Sequence record: OZ298074.1
Strand: one strand, 5' to 3'
DNA length: 32,000 nucleotides
The translations under genes were made by a program, and so were the position numbers. Below, in pieces: positions 30,353-32,000 of this stretch. How positions within the stretch are numbered: position 1 is the first letter of the stretch; every line of letters begins with the position of its first letter. A model generated the notes under the pieces. That model did not search any database, was not told the origin of the DNA, and was given only the letters and a program-made list of their open reading frames with translations.

Positions 30353-30440
30353 AAGAAGTTAGCTATGAGGGAAGCAATTAAATTATTAAAAATGTCTTTA
30401 ATATTTAACTATTCTAAAGGTTCAATTCCTTTACTTCTTA
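30353..30440 (+). tRNA. 88-nt tRNA-like element (class II size) with an unresolved anticodon arm; identity not assignable
   Basis: Perfect acceptor AAGAAGT/ACTTCTT, T arm AAAGG-TTCAATT-CCTTT, and a class-II-like D arm GCT-ATGAGGGA-AGC. The central 40 nt form a 7-bp A/T hairpin with a 6-nt loop (AATGTC) instead of a canonical 5-bp stem and 7-nt loop. Confidence 0.5.
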
Positions 30441-30712
30441 GATTTTATAAAAATATAAATAATTATTATAATATATACTATAATAATTATTTTAAATAAA
30501 AGAATTGATTAAGATGATTCTTAGAATACTTAGTAACATTTTAAATAATGTTAAATTATATTTTTACATTAAATAATGTTAAATATTTTAATAATAATAT
30601 GATTTTTGTAAATTATTATAAATTTACAATATTTTAATATTACAAACTATTAGAAAATAAGTATACTAAGAAAGACTGATTTATCTATACATATATAATA
30701 AAAATTTAAATT

Positions 30713-31468
30713 ATGTTGCAAAATATTTCAATATTTAATACTATTTATAATGATGCTCCACAACCTTGGCAAATAGGATTCCAAGATAGTGCTGCTCCTG
30801 CATTTACAGGAATTGTTGATTTACATAATACTATATTCTTCTATTTAATCGTTATCTGTGTTGGAGTTTTCTGGGTTTTAGGTTCTGTTATGTATTTTTT
30901 TAATATTAAAAATTCACCTATAATATATAAATATCTTAATCATGGTACATTAATTGAATTAGTTTGGACAATTACTCCTGCTTTAATTTTAACTGCTATT
31001 GCTTTTCCTAGTTTTAGATTATTGTATTTATTAGATGAAGTAACATCCCCTACAATTACAATTAAAGTAATAGGTCATCAATGGTATTGGACGTATGAGT
31101 ATAGTGATTATGTAACTGATAATGGTCAATCTATTGAATTTGATTCTTATATGATACCTGAATCTGAATTAGAATTAGGACAATTTAGATTATTAGATGT
31201 AGATAACAAAATGATTATACCTGTAGATTGTCACATAAGATTAATTGTTACTGGTGCAGATGTTATTCATTCATTTGCTGTTCCTTCTTTAGGAGTAAAA
31301 ATAGATGCTACACCAGGAAGATTAAATCAATCATCTATATTAGCTGAAAGAACAGGTACATTTTATGGACAATGTTCAGAAATTTGTGGTGTTTGGCACG
31401 GATTTATGCCTATCGCTGTGGAAGCAGTTTCAGTGCAAGATTATTTAGCTTGGTTAGATTCTGTTTAA
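30713..31468 (+). CDS. cox2: Cytochrome c oxidase subunit 2 (251 aa)
   Basis: COX2 translation ([22 protein letters not shown], CuA site [13 protein letters not shown]). Confidence 0.97.
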   Translation: MLQNISIFNTIYNDAPQPWQIGFQDSAAPAFTGIVDLHNTIFFYLIVICVGVFWVLGSVMYFFNIKNSPIIYKYLNHGTLIELVWTITPALILTAIAFPSFRLLYLLDEVTSPTITIKVIGHQWYWTYEYSDYVTDNGQSIEFDSYMIPESELELGQFRLLDVDNKMIIPVDCHIRLIVTGADVIHSFAVPSLGVKIDATPGRLNQSSILAERTGTFYGQCSEICGVWHGFMPIAVEAVSVQDYLAWLDSV

Positions 31469-31631
31469 TTCTATTTTGTTTTTTGTTTAATTTTAACTTA
31501 TTTATTAAATTAGATTATAATTTAATATTTTTATTTCAAATTAACATATATTTAAATATTGATTTACTTAATTTACATTAACGTAATTTAGCTATAATAA
31601 ATAATTATATCATTATTACATTAAATTATTT

Positions 31632-31637
31632 CCCTCC
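31632..31637 (+). promoter_or_regulatory. C-rich tag CCCTCC, 164 nt after the cox2 stop
   Basis: Context is atttccctcctat. It is bracketed by a (T)nG tract (31473-31488) and a near-complementary (A)nC tract (31668-31684). Confidence 0.55.
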
Positions 31638-31907
31638 TATTTTTAATTAAAAACAAAAACAAAAATAAAACAAAAAACAAAAATTACCATAAAATTCATA
31701 AATTTTTATAAGATTAAATAATAAAATATTAATAATAAATTACTATATCTTTTTTTTTTTACAAAATTTAGTAAAAATTTTATTAATTAATTAACTCTAT
31801 CAAGTATTAAAATTTTATGTATTTTTATAATATTATATATTATAATAACATATTCTTTAAAAGAAGATTTATAAAATTAATTTTATTTATATAAGTTCTA
31901 ATCACAA

Positions 31908-31979
31908 GGGGGAATCTGATAATTGGTAATCAGTTGTATTTGCACTACAAATATGATAGTTCGAGTCTATCTTTCTCCA
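31908..31979 (+). tRNA. trnA: tRNA-Ala (anticodon UGC)
   Basis: Acceptor GGGGGAA/TTTCTCC with two G-U pairs, D stem TGAT/ATCA, anticodon stem TTGTA/TACAA with loop TTTGCAC, T arm GATAG-TTCGAGT-CTATC. Confidence 0.85.
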
Positions 31980-32000
31980 ATATTAATTATATAAATTAAA

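Noticed and set aside
31372-31581. 69-aa + strand ORF overlapping the cox2 3' end.
   Set aside because: It is an alternative frame of cox2 running into the A/T spacer, with no support.

Overview
This window is a segment of a very AT-rich, fungal-type mitochondrial genome, not a prokaryotic locus. I found no defence-system-like or otherwise new multi-gene system. The content is a standard mitochondrial gene set plus mobile-plasmid debris and a few orphan ORFs.

Supported content:
- The 3' end of rns and a complete, intron-less rnl (about 4.3 kb).
- Eleven uninterrupted core protein genes: atp8, atp9, nad1, cob, cox3, nad4L, nad5, nad4, cox1, atp6, cox2.
- 18 tRNA genes that I folded by hand, plus one aberrant 88-nt tRNA-like element.
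- Almost everything is on the + strand. The exceptions are two minus-strand blocks (about 1330-4996 and 6140-7375).

Accessory content consists of decayed linear-plasmid-type genes:
- Two diverged family-B DNA polymerase (dpo) remnants on the minus strand.
- The N-terminal half of a T7-like RNA polymerase (rpo), cut off 10 nt before trnH.
- Several orphan ORFs, including one with 72-bp in-frame tandem repeats directly after cox3.

Most notable observations:
1. A CCCTCC-type C-rich tag sits 11-180 nt downstream of nearly every gene, including the plasmid-derived ORFs on the minus strand.
2. trnW has anticodon CCA and no core gene contains TGA, yet a 407-codon orphan reading frame is interrupted only by a single in-frame TGA.
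3. A dispersed (A)nC / (T)nG repeat family occurs at gene and tRNA borders and sometimes forms hairpins around the C-rich tag.
4. An exact 15-mer is shared by the regions upstream of nad1 and cob.
5. A class-II-sized tRNA-like element after rnl has no resolvable anticodon arm.

All coordinates were counted by hand. rRNA ends and pseudogene ends are approximate.
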